The notes below the pieces were generated by a model that made no database searches, was not told the DNA's origin, and saw only the letters and a program-made list of their open reading frames with translations. 64,000 bases of DNA, taken from the NCBI GenBank assembly GCA_039630545.1, contig JBCNUU010000001.1:96001-160000 (forward strand), given 5' to 3'. Of this stretch, positions 17,390-26,248 are shown one piece after another (the first letter of the stretch is position 1; every line of letters begins with the position of its first letter). The position numbers were made by a program, and so were the translations under genes. The DNA comes from Endomicrobiia bacterium (lineage in GTDB: Bacteria; Elusimicrobiota; Endomicrobiia; DTEH01).

Positions 17390-19399
17390 ATGAAGAAATT
17401 GTTTATTTTCTTTCTAACTGTAAATTTTATATTATTTAATTTCTTAAGTTGTGCTAAAAAATCAAAATCACCAGTAACTACATCTACAACCACTTACACG
17501 TTAGTTGTGGTATGTAATCCTCAGACTGGCGGTGAGGTAGTATTAAATCCTCCAGGTGGAACATATAATGCTGGTACAGTTGTTACTATTGCTGCTTCTG
17601 CAAAAAGTGGCTATGTTTTTAGCGGATGGAGTGGTGATTTGACAGGTACACAAAATCCTGTTACTGTTTTGATGGATAGAAACAAAACAATAGTAGCTAA
17701 TTTTACACAACAAAGTACAACTGCTTATTATACACTTACAGTTAATATCTCTCCAGCTGCAGCAGGAGTAGTTGTACCTTCAAGTGGTACATATGCTGCT
17801 GGGACACAACTTACTTTAACAGCCACTGCTTCAAGCGGGTATGTGTTTAGTCACTGGAGTGGAGATTTAACAGGCACAACAAATCCTGCACAAATCACTA
17901 TGGATTCAAACAAAGTAATTACAGCTAATTTTACACAGCAGCAAGTAAGCACCTACACTCTTACTGTAAACATAAATCCTTTAGGTGGTGGTACTGTACT
18001 ATTTAATCCTCCTGGTGGTACATATCCTGCTGGAACACAAGTGACACTTACAGCTAAGGCAAATCCTGGTTATGTGTTTAATAACTGGAGTGGTGATGCA
18101 AGTGGGAATTCTGCCTCTGTGAGTATCGTGATGGATTCGAATAAAACTGTTACGGCAAACTTTACTCAGACAGGTGGTGGAGGTGGAACGACTTATACTC
18201 TTCTTGTTAGTATAGAGCCCTCTGAAGCAGGAACGGTTTCTTTGAATCCAGCTGGTGGAGTGTATACGGCTGGAACTGTGGTGACACTTCAGGCACACCC
18301 TGAAAGTGGTTGGGTATTTGAAGGATGGAGTGGTAATCTTTCTGGCAACCAAAATCCAACTACTATTACAATGAATTCAAACAAAGTAGTTACAGCTAAT
18401 TTTACCAAACAGCAGACCACCTATACGCTTACTGTTAACATAAATCCAGATGGTGGTGGAAATGTTACGTTGAATCCTGCTGGTGGCACATATACTGCTG
18501 GAACGCAGGTGACCTTAACAGCTACTGCTTCAAGTGGGTATGTATTTAGCCACTGGAGTGGAGATTTAACAGGAACAACAAACCATGCAACGATAACAAT
18601 GAACTCAAACAAAGTAGTTACAGCTAATTTTACCCAACAGCAACAGCCCACCTATACACTTACTGTTAACATAAATCCAGCTGGTGGTGGAAATGTTACA
18701 CTGGATCCTGCTGGTGGTACATATACTGCTGGACAGGTAGTAATATTAACGGCTACTCCTTCAAGTGGATATCAGTTTTTAAACTGGACAATAGGACAAA
18801 ATACAGTAACCTCAAACCCAACTACAGTTACAATGGATTCTAACAAAACAGTAACAGCTAATTTTGAACAAGTAGGTTCTGATACAGCAAGGTATAATTT
18901 TGAAACATCTGTTCAGGGTTGGGTCCATCAGACATATACTGATTCTCAAGCAATTACAGCGGTATCAAGAGATACATCAAAAGCAAGATATGGTCAGGCA
19001 AGTTTAAGATGTACAGTTAACCTTCAAGGAGGACATGCTAACTATTCTAAAGGTGAGACATTTGTAGACCTTCAAACGCCGACTGATTTAAGTAATAAAA
19101 TAGTTACAGTATGGGTATGGGTCCCTTCTGAAACAGTTGCTACACCATCTAACGGTATCCAGGTATTTTTTAAAGACTCAAATTGGAATAGTAAATATAG
19201 TAGCTGGCGCAATATAGGTGGTGATATTACTCCTGGAGTATGGAATCAGATCTCAGTAAATACAGCTAATGAAGTATGGGGTTGGGATAATGGTTGTAAT
19301 TTGTCCCAGGTAAGGTTGGTTGGAGTGAAGATAGGGACCGGAGATGGTTCAACTTTTACATTTAATGGTTATATTTGGATTGATTCTGTAAACTGGTAA
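17390..19399 (+). CDS. Surface lipoprotein: 6 divergent InlB B-type repeats plus C-terminal CBM-like domain
   Basis: Lipobox FLSC; six repeats counted; C-terminal domain clearly paralogous to that of 15950-17188. Confidence 0.8.
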   Translation: MKKLFIFFLTVNFILFNFLSCAKKSKSPVTTSTTTYTLVVVCNPQTGGEVVLNPPGGTYNAGTVVTIAASAKSGYVFSGWSGDLTGTQNPVTVLMDRNKTIVANFTQQSTTAYYTLTVNISPAAAGVVVPSSGTYAAGTQLTLTATASSGYVFSHWSGDLTGTTNPAQITMDSNKVITANFTQQQVSTYTLTVNINPLGGGTVLFNPPGGTYPAGTQVTLTAKANPGYVFNNWSGDASGNSASVSIVMDSNKTVTANFTQTGGGGGTTYTLLVSIEPSEAGTVSLNPAGGVYTAGTVVTLQAHPESGWVFEGWSGNLSGNQNPTTITMNSNKVVTANFTKQQTTYTLTVNINPDGGGNVTLNPAGGTYTAGTQVTLTATASSGYVFSHWSGDLTGTTNHATITMNSNKVVTANFTQQQQPTYTLTVNINPAGGGNVTLDPAGGTYTAGQVVILTATPSSGYQFLNWTIGQNTVTSNPTTVTMDSNKTVTANFEQVGSDTARYNFETSVQGWVHQTYTDSQAITAVSRDTSKARYGQASLRCTVNLQGGHANYSKGETFVDLQTPTDLSNKIVTVWVWVPSETVATPSNGIQVFFKDSNWNSKYSSWRNIGGDITPGVWNQISVNTANEVWGWDNGCNLSQVRLVGVKIGTGDGSTFTFNGYIWIDSVNW

Positions 19400-19448
19400 T
19401 ATCGTTTTTCTTAGAACAAATTAATTTAGAAAGGAGCCCACCTTATCA

Positions 19449-20354
19449 ATGAGAGGTTATTGCAGATTTAAGCCCTTGTTGCTTTATATTTTTTTATTGT
19501 CATTATCTTTTTATGTTTTTTGTAGCGGATTTAGTGGATTAAAACTGTTTTTTGGAGCAAGAACCACTGGGTTAGGTGAAAATTTATGTGGTTTATCAGA
19601 GGAAGTAGAAAATATTTACCACAATCCTGCCGGTCTTGTGGGAATAAATCCTTTTGAATTTAAAATTATGTATTCAAATTGGGTAGCAGATATAAATAGA
19701 AGTGATTTGATTTTAGCAAAATCTTTTAAAAATAAATCCGTGGTTGCTTTTTCTTTTAACTATATGTGGACAAGACTTGAAAGTGAATATAATAGTAGTG
19801 ATTATTTTTCTTTAATACACACTATAGCATACGCAAGAAAATTAAATAAAATTTATTTTGGATTAGGCACAACAATAGTATATGAATCTTTTTCTTTAGA
19901 AGAGGGTTATAATCTAGCTGGAGGTTTAGATTTAGGTGTACTTATCAGAAAACAAAGAGCTGCTTTAGGCTTTAGTGTAAAACAAATAGGAAAAAGTTTT
20001 GTTTATATGGGAGAAGACTCAGAGATTTTGCCTTTTAATTTAAACTGTGGAGTAAGTTATATAATGCCTAACAATTTTGTTGTAGTTGGTAACATAAAAT
20101 ACAATTTGGATGGTTTAATTTCATTCCATACAGGATTAGAAGTTCCTCTATATAGAGGAATAAAAGAAGAAATAGCTATAAGAGCAGGCAATGTATTAAA
20201 ATTACCATCCCTTAGTGATTTGCCTATAATTTCAAATTTTAGATTAGGTTTTGGATTTAGAAAAGAAGGTTTAAAGATAGATTATTGTTTGGTGCCTCTT
20301 GGAGAAAATATAGGTTTTTTTCATTATATATCTTTAGGATTTATTTTTTATTAA
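19449..20354 (+). CDS. PorV/PorQ-like outer-membrane beta-barrel
   Basis: Signal peptide, GARTTGLGE...IYHNPAGL (PorV/FadL-like N-terminal motif), amphipathic strands, aromatic C-terminus. Confidence 0.75.
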   Translation: MRGYCRFKPLLLYIFLLSLSFYVFCSGFSGLKLFFGARTTGLGENLCGLSEEVENIYHNPAGLVGINPFEFKIMYSNWVADINRSDLILAKSFKNKSVVAFSFNYMWTRLESEYNSSDYFSLIHTIAYARKLNKIYFGLGTTIVYESFSLEEGYNLAGGLDLGVLIRKQRAALGFSVKQIGKSFVYMGEDSEILPFNLNCGVSYIMPNNFVVVGNIKYNLDGLISFHTGLEVPLYRGIKEEIAIRAGNVLKLPSLSDLPIISNFRLGFGFRKEGLKIDYCLVPLGENIGFFHYISLGFIFY

Positions 20355-20358
20355 AGTT

Positions 20359-22569
20359 ATGAAGAAAATATTTTTTATAACAACCTTAATAATACTTAAT
20401 TCCAACATTTTTTTGTTTTCTCAACTTAAACCTAACCAGCTTAGAGTAAATGGAAGAAATTTATTAGATGGAAATGGACAAGTGATTCGTTTGGTTGGAA
20501 TAAATCATGGGCATGCATGGTATAGAGGATATTTAGGTTCTGCTCTTCAGGGTATAAAAAGTTGGGGTGCAAATTCTGTAAGAGTAGTTCTTTCTTGCGG
20601 TTATAGATGGACAAAAATTCCAGCTCATGAAGTTTCTGCAATAATAAGTGAAGCAAGAAATTTAGGTTTTAAAGCAATAGTTTTAGAAGTACATGATACA
20701 ACAGGTTATGGAGAAGACAGTGCTGCATGTGATCTACAAACAGCAGTCAACTACTGGATTGAGATAAAGAATGTTTTAATTGGACACGAGGATTTTGTAA
20801 TAATAAATATAGGCAATGAACCATGGGGTAACCTCAACACCAGCGGCTGGGTGAATGCTACCAAAAATGCAATATCTGCTTTAAGAAATGCCGGGTTTAC
20901 TCATGTTATAATGGTAGACGCACCTTGTTGGGGTCAGGATTGGAATAACACTATGAGATATAATGCCACAAATGTGTTGAGTGCTGATACTTTGAATAAT
21001 ACAATTCTTTCGGTTCATATGTATGGTGTCTACAATACAGCTTCAAAAGTTCAGTATTATTTAAGTTATTACTATAATAATAATTTACCACTATGCATAG
21101 GCGAATTTGGACATTATCACTCTGATGGAGATCCTGATGAACAAGCAATAGTTAATTATGCAAGACAGTACGGAATGAGTATATTTGGATGGTCCTGGTG
21201 TGGAAACAGCGGAGGAGTCGAGTATTTAGATATGGTATATAATTGGAATCCGAATAGTCCTACTAATTGGGGAAGCTGGTATAAAAATAATGCATTAAGT
21301 GATCTTCCTCAAACTTATACTATTTCTATCAACATAAATCCTCAGAACTCAGGAAGTGTCACTTTATCTCCACCAGGTGGAACATATACAGCAGGCACTC
21401 AAGTTACACTTACAGCGCAGGCTAACAGTGGATATGTATTTAGCAGCTGGTCAGGAGATATAACTGGCAGTCAAAACCCGGCCACTGTTGTTATGAACTC
21501 AAATAAAAATATAACTGCTAATTTTATTCAATCAACTGTTAACACTTACAGGTTATCTTTAAGTATTTCTCCTTCCGGTTCAGGTGTGGTTTATCTAAAC
21601 CCTTCAGGTGGGTTATATATAGCAGGAACTCAGGTGACTCTTACAGCACAACCTAACAGTGGTTATGTATTTAACAGCTGGAGTGGGGATCTCTCTGGTA
21701 GTCAGAATCCCGCAAGTATTGTTATGGACTCCAACAAAAGTATTACAGCAAACTTTGTACAATCAGGTTCAACCAGTATTACTTATACTTTAAATATAAC
21801 TATTTCACCACAACAAGCCGGAAAAGTAAGTGTGAATCCGGTTGGAGGTGTGTATCAAGAAAATACACAGGTTGAAATTACTGCCTTTTCAAACAATGGA
21901 TATGTGTTTTCTGGATGGAGTGGTGATATAACAACTAATGAAAATCCTTTAAAAATCACTATGAATTCTAACAAAAACATAACAGCTAATTTTTCCTCTA
22001 TAAGTAGCACAACTTACACAGTTACAGTTATAATTTCACCTCAAAATGCTGGATTTGTGTACTTGAATCCAATAGGGGGTGTATATACAGCCGGGACTTT
22101 ACTTACACTTGTTGCCTATCCTCAAGATGAGTATGAATTTTTAAACTGGTCAGGAGATATTTTCTCAGAGGCCCAAACTGTAAGTATTGTGGTTGATTCT
22201 AATAAAGTAATACAAGCAAATTTTATTTTAAAATCTTCAACAGCTCCTTTTTCAGATCAAAAAGAATTTTTAGATTCTATAATTATTCTTCCTCCTTCTG
22301 AAAACCCTTTTTATTTAAACAAAACCAACAGCTATGTTAAACTAAAATATTATCTTAAACAGTCAATGTCTGTAAGGCTGAAAGTATATGATGTGTCTCT
22401 AAATTTAGTAAGGATCACAGAATACCAACACAATCAAGCTGGAGAAAATTATTTCATATTTGATGCTAAAGATGACGAAGGATATCTTTTGCCAGCAGGA
22501 CTTTATTTGTATCAAATTGAATCTCATAGTTCAAAAAGTAGTTTTGGTAAAATTTTTATAGTAAGGTGA
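20359..22569 (+). CDS. Secreted GH5 endo-beta-1,4-mannanase (GH5_8-like) with 4 B-repeats and T9SS-like C-terminal domain
   Basis: GINHGHAWY, LEVHDTTG, INIGNEP (acid/base), SVHMY, IGEFG (nucleophile), WSWCGN; C-terminus NPF...VYD...GLYLYQI...GKIFIVR. Confidence 0.88.
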   Translation: MKKIFFITTLIILNSNIFLFSQLKPNQLRVNGRNLLDGNGQVIRLVGINHGHAWYRGYLGSALQGIKSWGANSVRVVLSCGYRWTKIPAHEVSAIISEARNLGFKAIVLEVHDTTGYGEDSAACDLQTAVNYWIEIKNVLIGHEDFVIINIGNEPWGNLNTSGWVNATKNAISALRNAGFTHVIMVDAPCWGQDWNNTMRYNATNVLSADTLNNTILSVHMYGVYNTASKVQYYLSYYYNNNLPLCIGEFGHYHSDGDPDEQAIVNYARQYGMSIFGWSWCGNSGGVEYLDMVYNWNPNSPTNWGSWYKNNALSDLPQTYTISININPQNSGSVTLSPPGGTYTAGTQVTLTAQANSGYVFSSWSGDITGSQNPATVVMNSNKNITANFIQSTVNTYRLSLSISPSGSGVVYLNPSGGLYIAGTQVTLTAQPNSGYVFNSWSGDLSGSQNPASIVMDSNKSITANFVQSGSTSITYTLNITISPQQAGKVSVNPVGGVYQENTQVEITAFSNNGYVFSGWSGDITTNENPLKITMNSNKNITANFSSISSTTYTVTVIISPQNAGFVYLNPIGGVYTAGTLLTLVAYPQDEYEFLNWSGDIFSEAQTVSIVVDSNKVIQANFILKSSTAPFSDQKEFLDSIIILPPSENPFYLNKTNSYVKLKYYLKQSMSVRLKVYDVSLNLVRITEYQHNQAGENYFIFDAKDDEGYLLPAGLYLYQIESHSSKSSFGKIFIVR

Positions 22570-24260
22570 AAATTCTTTTTGTTATATTTTTATCTTTTCT
22601 TGTTTATTTAAACACATTAAAAAATGATTTTGTTTGGGATGATACATCAATTATTGTAAATAACAAATGGATTAGAACTCCCTCAAATTTTTTTAAATTT
22701 TTTATATTGAAAGAAACTATTTCCGAAGATACAAGAACAAAGCCATACATATATAGACCACTTGTAACCTTTAGTTATTCTTTAGATTATTCAGTCTGGA
22801 GACTTTCTTCGTTTGGTTATCATTTAAGCAATATAATTTTTCATACAGTTACGGTTATATTTTTATACATACTTACAGATTTGATTTTAAATAACAAAAA
22901 AATTTCTTTATTTAGTAGTGTAATTTTTGCAGTGCATCCTGTGCATACAGAGGCAGTAAGCTGGATAAAAGGCAGAGCTGATATTTTGGCTTGTATGTTT
23001 TGTATGTTATCTTTTATATTCTACATATTGTATTTCATTAGAAATGAAAGATTTATTTATTACTTTTTGTCCTTATTGTTCTTTATTTTTGGATTATTTT
23101 CAAAAGAATCAGCAGTTGCTTTAGTTGGTATTATAATTGCATATGATATAATTTTTAAAAAGAAATTTCTCTTTAAGAGTTATATTTTGTTTATAATAGT
23201 TTTATTTCTTTACATTATTTTAAGAAAAAGTGTATTAGGAAGCAATCTACCTTATAGATGGTGGGCAGGAAGTCAGTATTATACTTTTTTAACTGCTATG
23301 AAAGTTCTAGTTGAGTATTTCAGGTTGTTGGTTTTTCCTATAAATTTATGTGCTGATTATGTCGTTGAGATTTCGTTTAATGTATTTGACTTAAAAGTAA
23401 TTTTTTCAATTCTATTTTTAATTTTTTTAATTACTATTTCATTTATTTCTATTAAAAGATTTTCAATTTTTTCTTTTTGCATTTTTTTTATCTTGATTTC
23501 ATTACTACCAGTTGCAAATATTATTTTCCCGATTGAAGTATTACTGGCAGAAAGATTTTTATATATGCCTTCTGTTGGCATGTGTTTATTTTTTGGCTGG
23601 TTAGTGTATAGAATTTTAACAAGAAACAAAACATTGGGATATATAGTTTTTGTTTTAATTGTGCTTCCTTATTCAATTTTAACCTGTAATCGCAACAAAG
23701 ACTGGAAAGATGAATTTAACCTGTGGTCTAAGACAGCAAAACAATTTCCTGATAACTTTAGAGCACACAACAACTTAGGTATGGAGTATGAAAAATCAGG
23801 AAATTTAGAAAAAGCTCTTTACCACTACAAAATAGCATCAAACCTCACACCTAATCTGTCATGGTTACACAATGATAAGAACCAGACATATGCAAGAGTA
23901 TATAATAATATTGGAAATGTTTATTTCAAACAAAAAAATTTTAACACAGCAATTGAATATTATAAAAAAGCTATTGATTTAGATCCTTTATATTCTTCAC
24001 CTTACTTTAACTTAGGCTTATTATATAGAAATAAAGGTTTACTGGATTTAGCTATCTATTACTACAAAAAAGCAATAGAACTTAATCCGTATGTTGCAGA
24101 CTACTATAACAATCTTGGAGTGGTGTATGCATTAAAGGATGATTTTAAAGAAGCTATTATTCAATATGAAAAAGCAGTGGAGTTGTCTTCAGATGAAGAT
24201 TTTAAAAAACAAGTGCTTAAAAATATAGAGATAGCAAAAAATTTTTTGAGGAGAAAATGA
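22566..24260 (+). CDS. TMTC-like (DUF1736-type) GT-C membrane protein with TPR repeats
   Basis: NDFVWDD, YRPL, HPVHTEAVSWIKGRAD, SKESA and AERFLYMPSVG motifs; C-terminal TPRs. Overlaps both neighbours (GTGA, ATGA). Confidence 0.8.
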   Translation: MKILFVIFLSFLVYLNTLKNDFVWDDTSIIVNNKWIRTPSNFFKFFILKETISEDTRTKPYIYRPLVTFSYSLDYSVWRLSSFGYHLSNIIFHTVTVIFLYILTDLILNNKKISLFSSVIFAVHPVHTEAVSWIKGRADILACMFCMLSFIFYILYFIRNERFIYYFLSLLFFIFGLFSKESAVALVGIIIAYDIIFKKKFLFKSYILFIIVLFLYIILRKSVLGSNLPYRWWAGSQYYTFLTAMKVLVEYFRLLVFPINLCADYVVEISFNVFDLKVIFSILFLIFLITISFISIKRFSIFSFCIFFILISLLPVANIIFPIEVLLAERFLYMPSVGMCLFFGWLVYRILTRNKTLGYIVFVLIVLPYSILTCNRNKDWKDEFNLWSKTAKQFPDNFRAHNNLGMEYEKSGNLEKALYHYKIASNLTPNLSWLHNDKNQTYARVYNNIGNVYFKQKNFNTAIEYYKKAIDLDPLYSSPYFNLGLLYRNKGLLDLAIYYYKKAIELNPYVADYYNNLGVVYALKDDFKEAIIQYEKAVELSSDEDFKKQVLKNIEIAKNFLRRK

Positions 24261-26230
24261 GAGGTTTTTTAATAAGTTTTATTTTTTATACAAATGTATG
24301 TTTTTGTTTACCTACTATTAATACAGTGCTGCCTGAAAAAAACAGAGTAGGTAAATATGAAAAATTTGAATTAGTGGTTGAAATTTCGGCAACATACACA
24401 AATCCATATGATCCTCACCAAGTAGACCTATCGTGTGTGTTTTTTTCTCCAAGTAATAAAGAATGGAGAATATTTGGTTTTTATGACGGGACAAAGTGGA
24501 AAATAAGATTTACTCCAAATGAAACTGGAGTTTGGAGCTACAGAGTTTTTTTAAAAGATCAAACAGGACAAACTGAATCTAATCTTTTAAGCTTTGAATG
24601 CATGGAGTCTGATTCCCATGGTTGGATTAAAGTAGCACCTAACAAAAGATATCTAATGTATGACGATAATACTCCGTTTTATGGAGTTGGATTTTGTAGA
24701 GCGTGGAATTCTCTAAGTGTCCCGTTTGAAACATTAAAAGAGTTTGGAGTTAACATGATATTAATCTGGGTTGGTCCTCCATGGGTTGGGATGATTGAAA
24801 ATACTTCAAAAGGTATTGGTATTTATGATCAACAGATATGTTATACAATAGAAAACTATATTCAGCAAGCAGAAAAAAATAATATCCATATAATACTCTG
24901 TTTGTGGCCTCACGATGCTTTAAGAATTCCAGGACAGCCATGGCCATCAGGAAACTGGGCGAAAAATGCCTACAGTCTTATTACAACTCCAGAAGGTTTT
25001 TATTCAGATACATCTACAGTATGGGATTATCAACAAAAACTTTATAGATACATTATTGCCAGATGGGGATATAGCACATCTTTAGCTATATGGAATATAA
25101 TAGTGGAGATCAATGGAACCACAGGCTACTCTATAAATCCTTCTGCTGCTGAAGAATGGTGTAAAAGAGTGCATAATTTTTTCAAACAAAACGATCCTTA
25201 CAAAAAACCTACATGTGGTTCTAAATCAGGCGATCAGTTTTGGAATAACGGATACAATATTTTTGATATTGCAGAGATTCATACATATAAGGATAAAAAT
25301 AATGCTTCAGAAGTAGCAGATACTATTATAACCTATACAAGACAAATGTGGGCAGGTTTTTTAAAACCAAACTTCGTTGGAGAATTTGGGACAGATGATC
25401 AAAATTTACAGCCATTTCATTTACACAATGCTATCTGGGCAGGTTTGTCTGCAGGAGCAGCTATAACTCCGTTAGATTGGAATGACGGTGGTAGTTGGGG
25501 AGATATTACTGATGATATGCTTCAACATATGAAAATTTTTTCAAACTTTATAAAAGAAATTGATTTTGTGAATGATGATTTTATACCTGCTAATGTTTCT
25601 GTTGTTCCTTCTGGTGAGGTTTTTGGAATGAAAGGGAATAAGTGTTGTTTTGGCTGGATAAGGAAAACAGATGACACTATTGAGAGAGTATTAACCATTT
25701 CAGGAATGACAGATGGCGTATATGAAATGAAGTTTTATGATACATATACAGGAGATTTTTTTTATATTACTTTAGCAACTTCAACTTATGGATTTTTATC
25801 AACAAAAATCCCAGCTATTTCTAAAACTGATTTTGCTTTTAAAGGGTATCTTAAATTTTCTAATAATCAATCTTCGGGTAACAAAGAATTCACCGTGGAA
25901 GGAGAATTACTTAAAATTTTACCATTAGAGAAAAATCCTGTAAAATTTTATAAAGATAAAGAAGTAAAAATAAGATTTCTTGTTAATATTCAGATTCCTT
26001 CTAAAGTGAAAGTTACTATTTATGATATAAACATGAATTTAGTCAAAATTCTTACAAGTTCTTCGGATGGTTGGTTAAAAGTTTTTTCTCCATATCAGGA
26101 ATTTACATGGGATTTAAAAGACGAAAATGGTAGAGAAGTTGACGGTGGTCTTTATATTTACAAAATAGAAGCAATAAATGATTATAAAGTTAAAAGTAGT
26201 AAATTAAATAAAATTATGGTAATAAAATAA
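24257..26230 (+). CDS. Secreted DUF5060 + GH5-like (clan GH-A) hydrolase with T9SS-like C-terminal domain
   Basis: NPYDP...GFYDG...WKIRFTP (DUF5060-like), YIIARWGYS, IHTY, VGEFG; C-terminus IYD...WDLKDENG...GLYIYKI...KIMVIK. Confidence 0.75.
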   Translation: MRGFLISFIFYTNVCFCLPTINTVLPEKNRVGKYEKFELVVEISATYTNPYDPHQVDLSCVFFSPSNKEWRIFGFYDGTKWKIRFTPNETGVWSYRVFLKDQTGQTESNLLSFECMESDSHGWIKVAPNKRYLMYDDNTPFYGVGFCRAWNSLSVPFETLKEFGVNMILIWVGPPWVGMIENTSKGIGIYDQQICYTIENYIQQAEKNNIHIILCLWPHDALRIPGQPWPSGNWAKNAYSLITTPEGFYSDTSTVWDYQQKLYRYIIARWGYSTSLAIWNIIVEINGTTGYSINPSAAEEWCKRVHNFFKQNDPYKKPTCGSKSGDQFWNNGYNIFDIAEIHTYKDKNNASEVADTIITYTRQMWAGFLKPNFVGEFGTDDQNLQPFHLHNAIWAGLSAGAAITPLDWNDGGSWGDITDDMLQHMKIFSNFIKEIDFVNDDFIPANVSVVPSGEVFGMKGNKCCFGWIRKTDDTIERVLTISGMTDGVYEMKFYDTYTGDFFYITLATSTYGFLSTKIPAISKTDFAFKGYLKFSNNQSSGNKEFTVEGELLKILPLEKNPVKFYKDKEVKIRFLVNIQIPSKVKVTIYDINMNLVKILTSSSDGWLKVFSPYQEFTWDLKDENGREVDGGLYIYKIEAINDYKVKSSKLNKIMVIK

Positions 26231-26248
26231 GCTAAAAAGGAGGATGTT

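Noticed and set aside
15950..22569. Cellulosome-like cohesin/dockerin scaffold interpretation of the repeats
   Set aside because: Repeats are ~73 aa with the GYxFxxW B-repeat signature, too short for cohesins; no dockerin calcium-loop duplications were seen.
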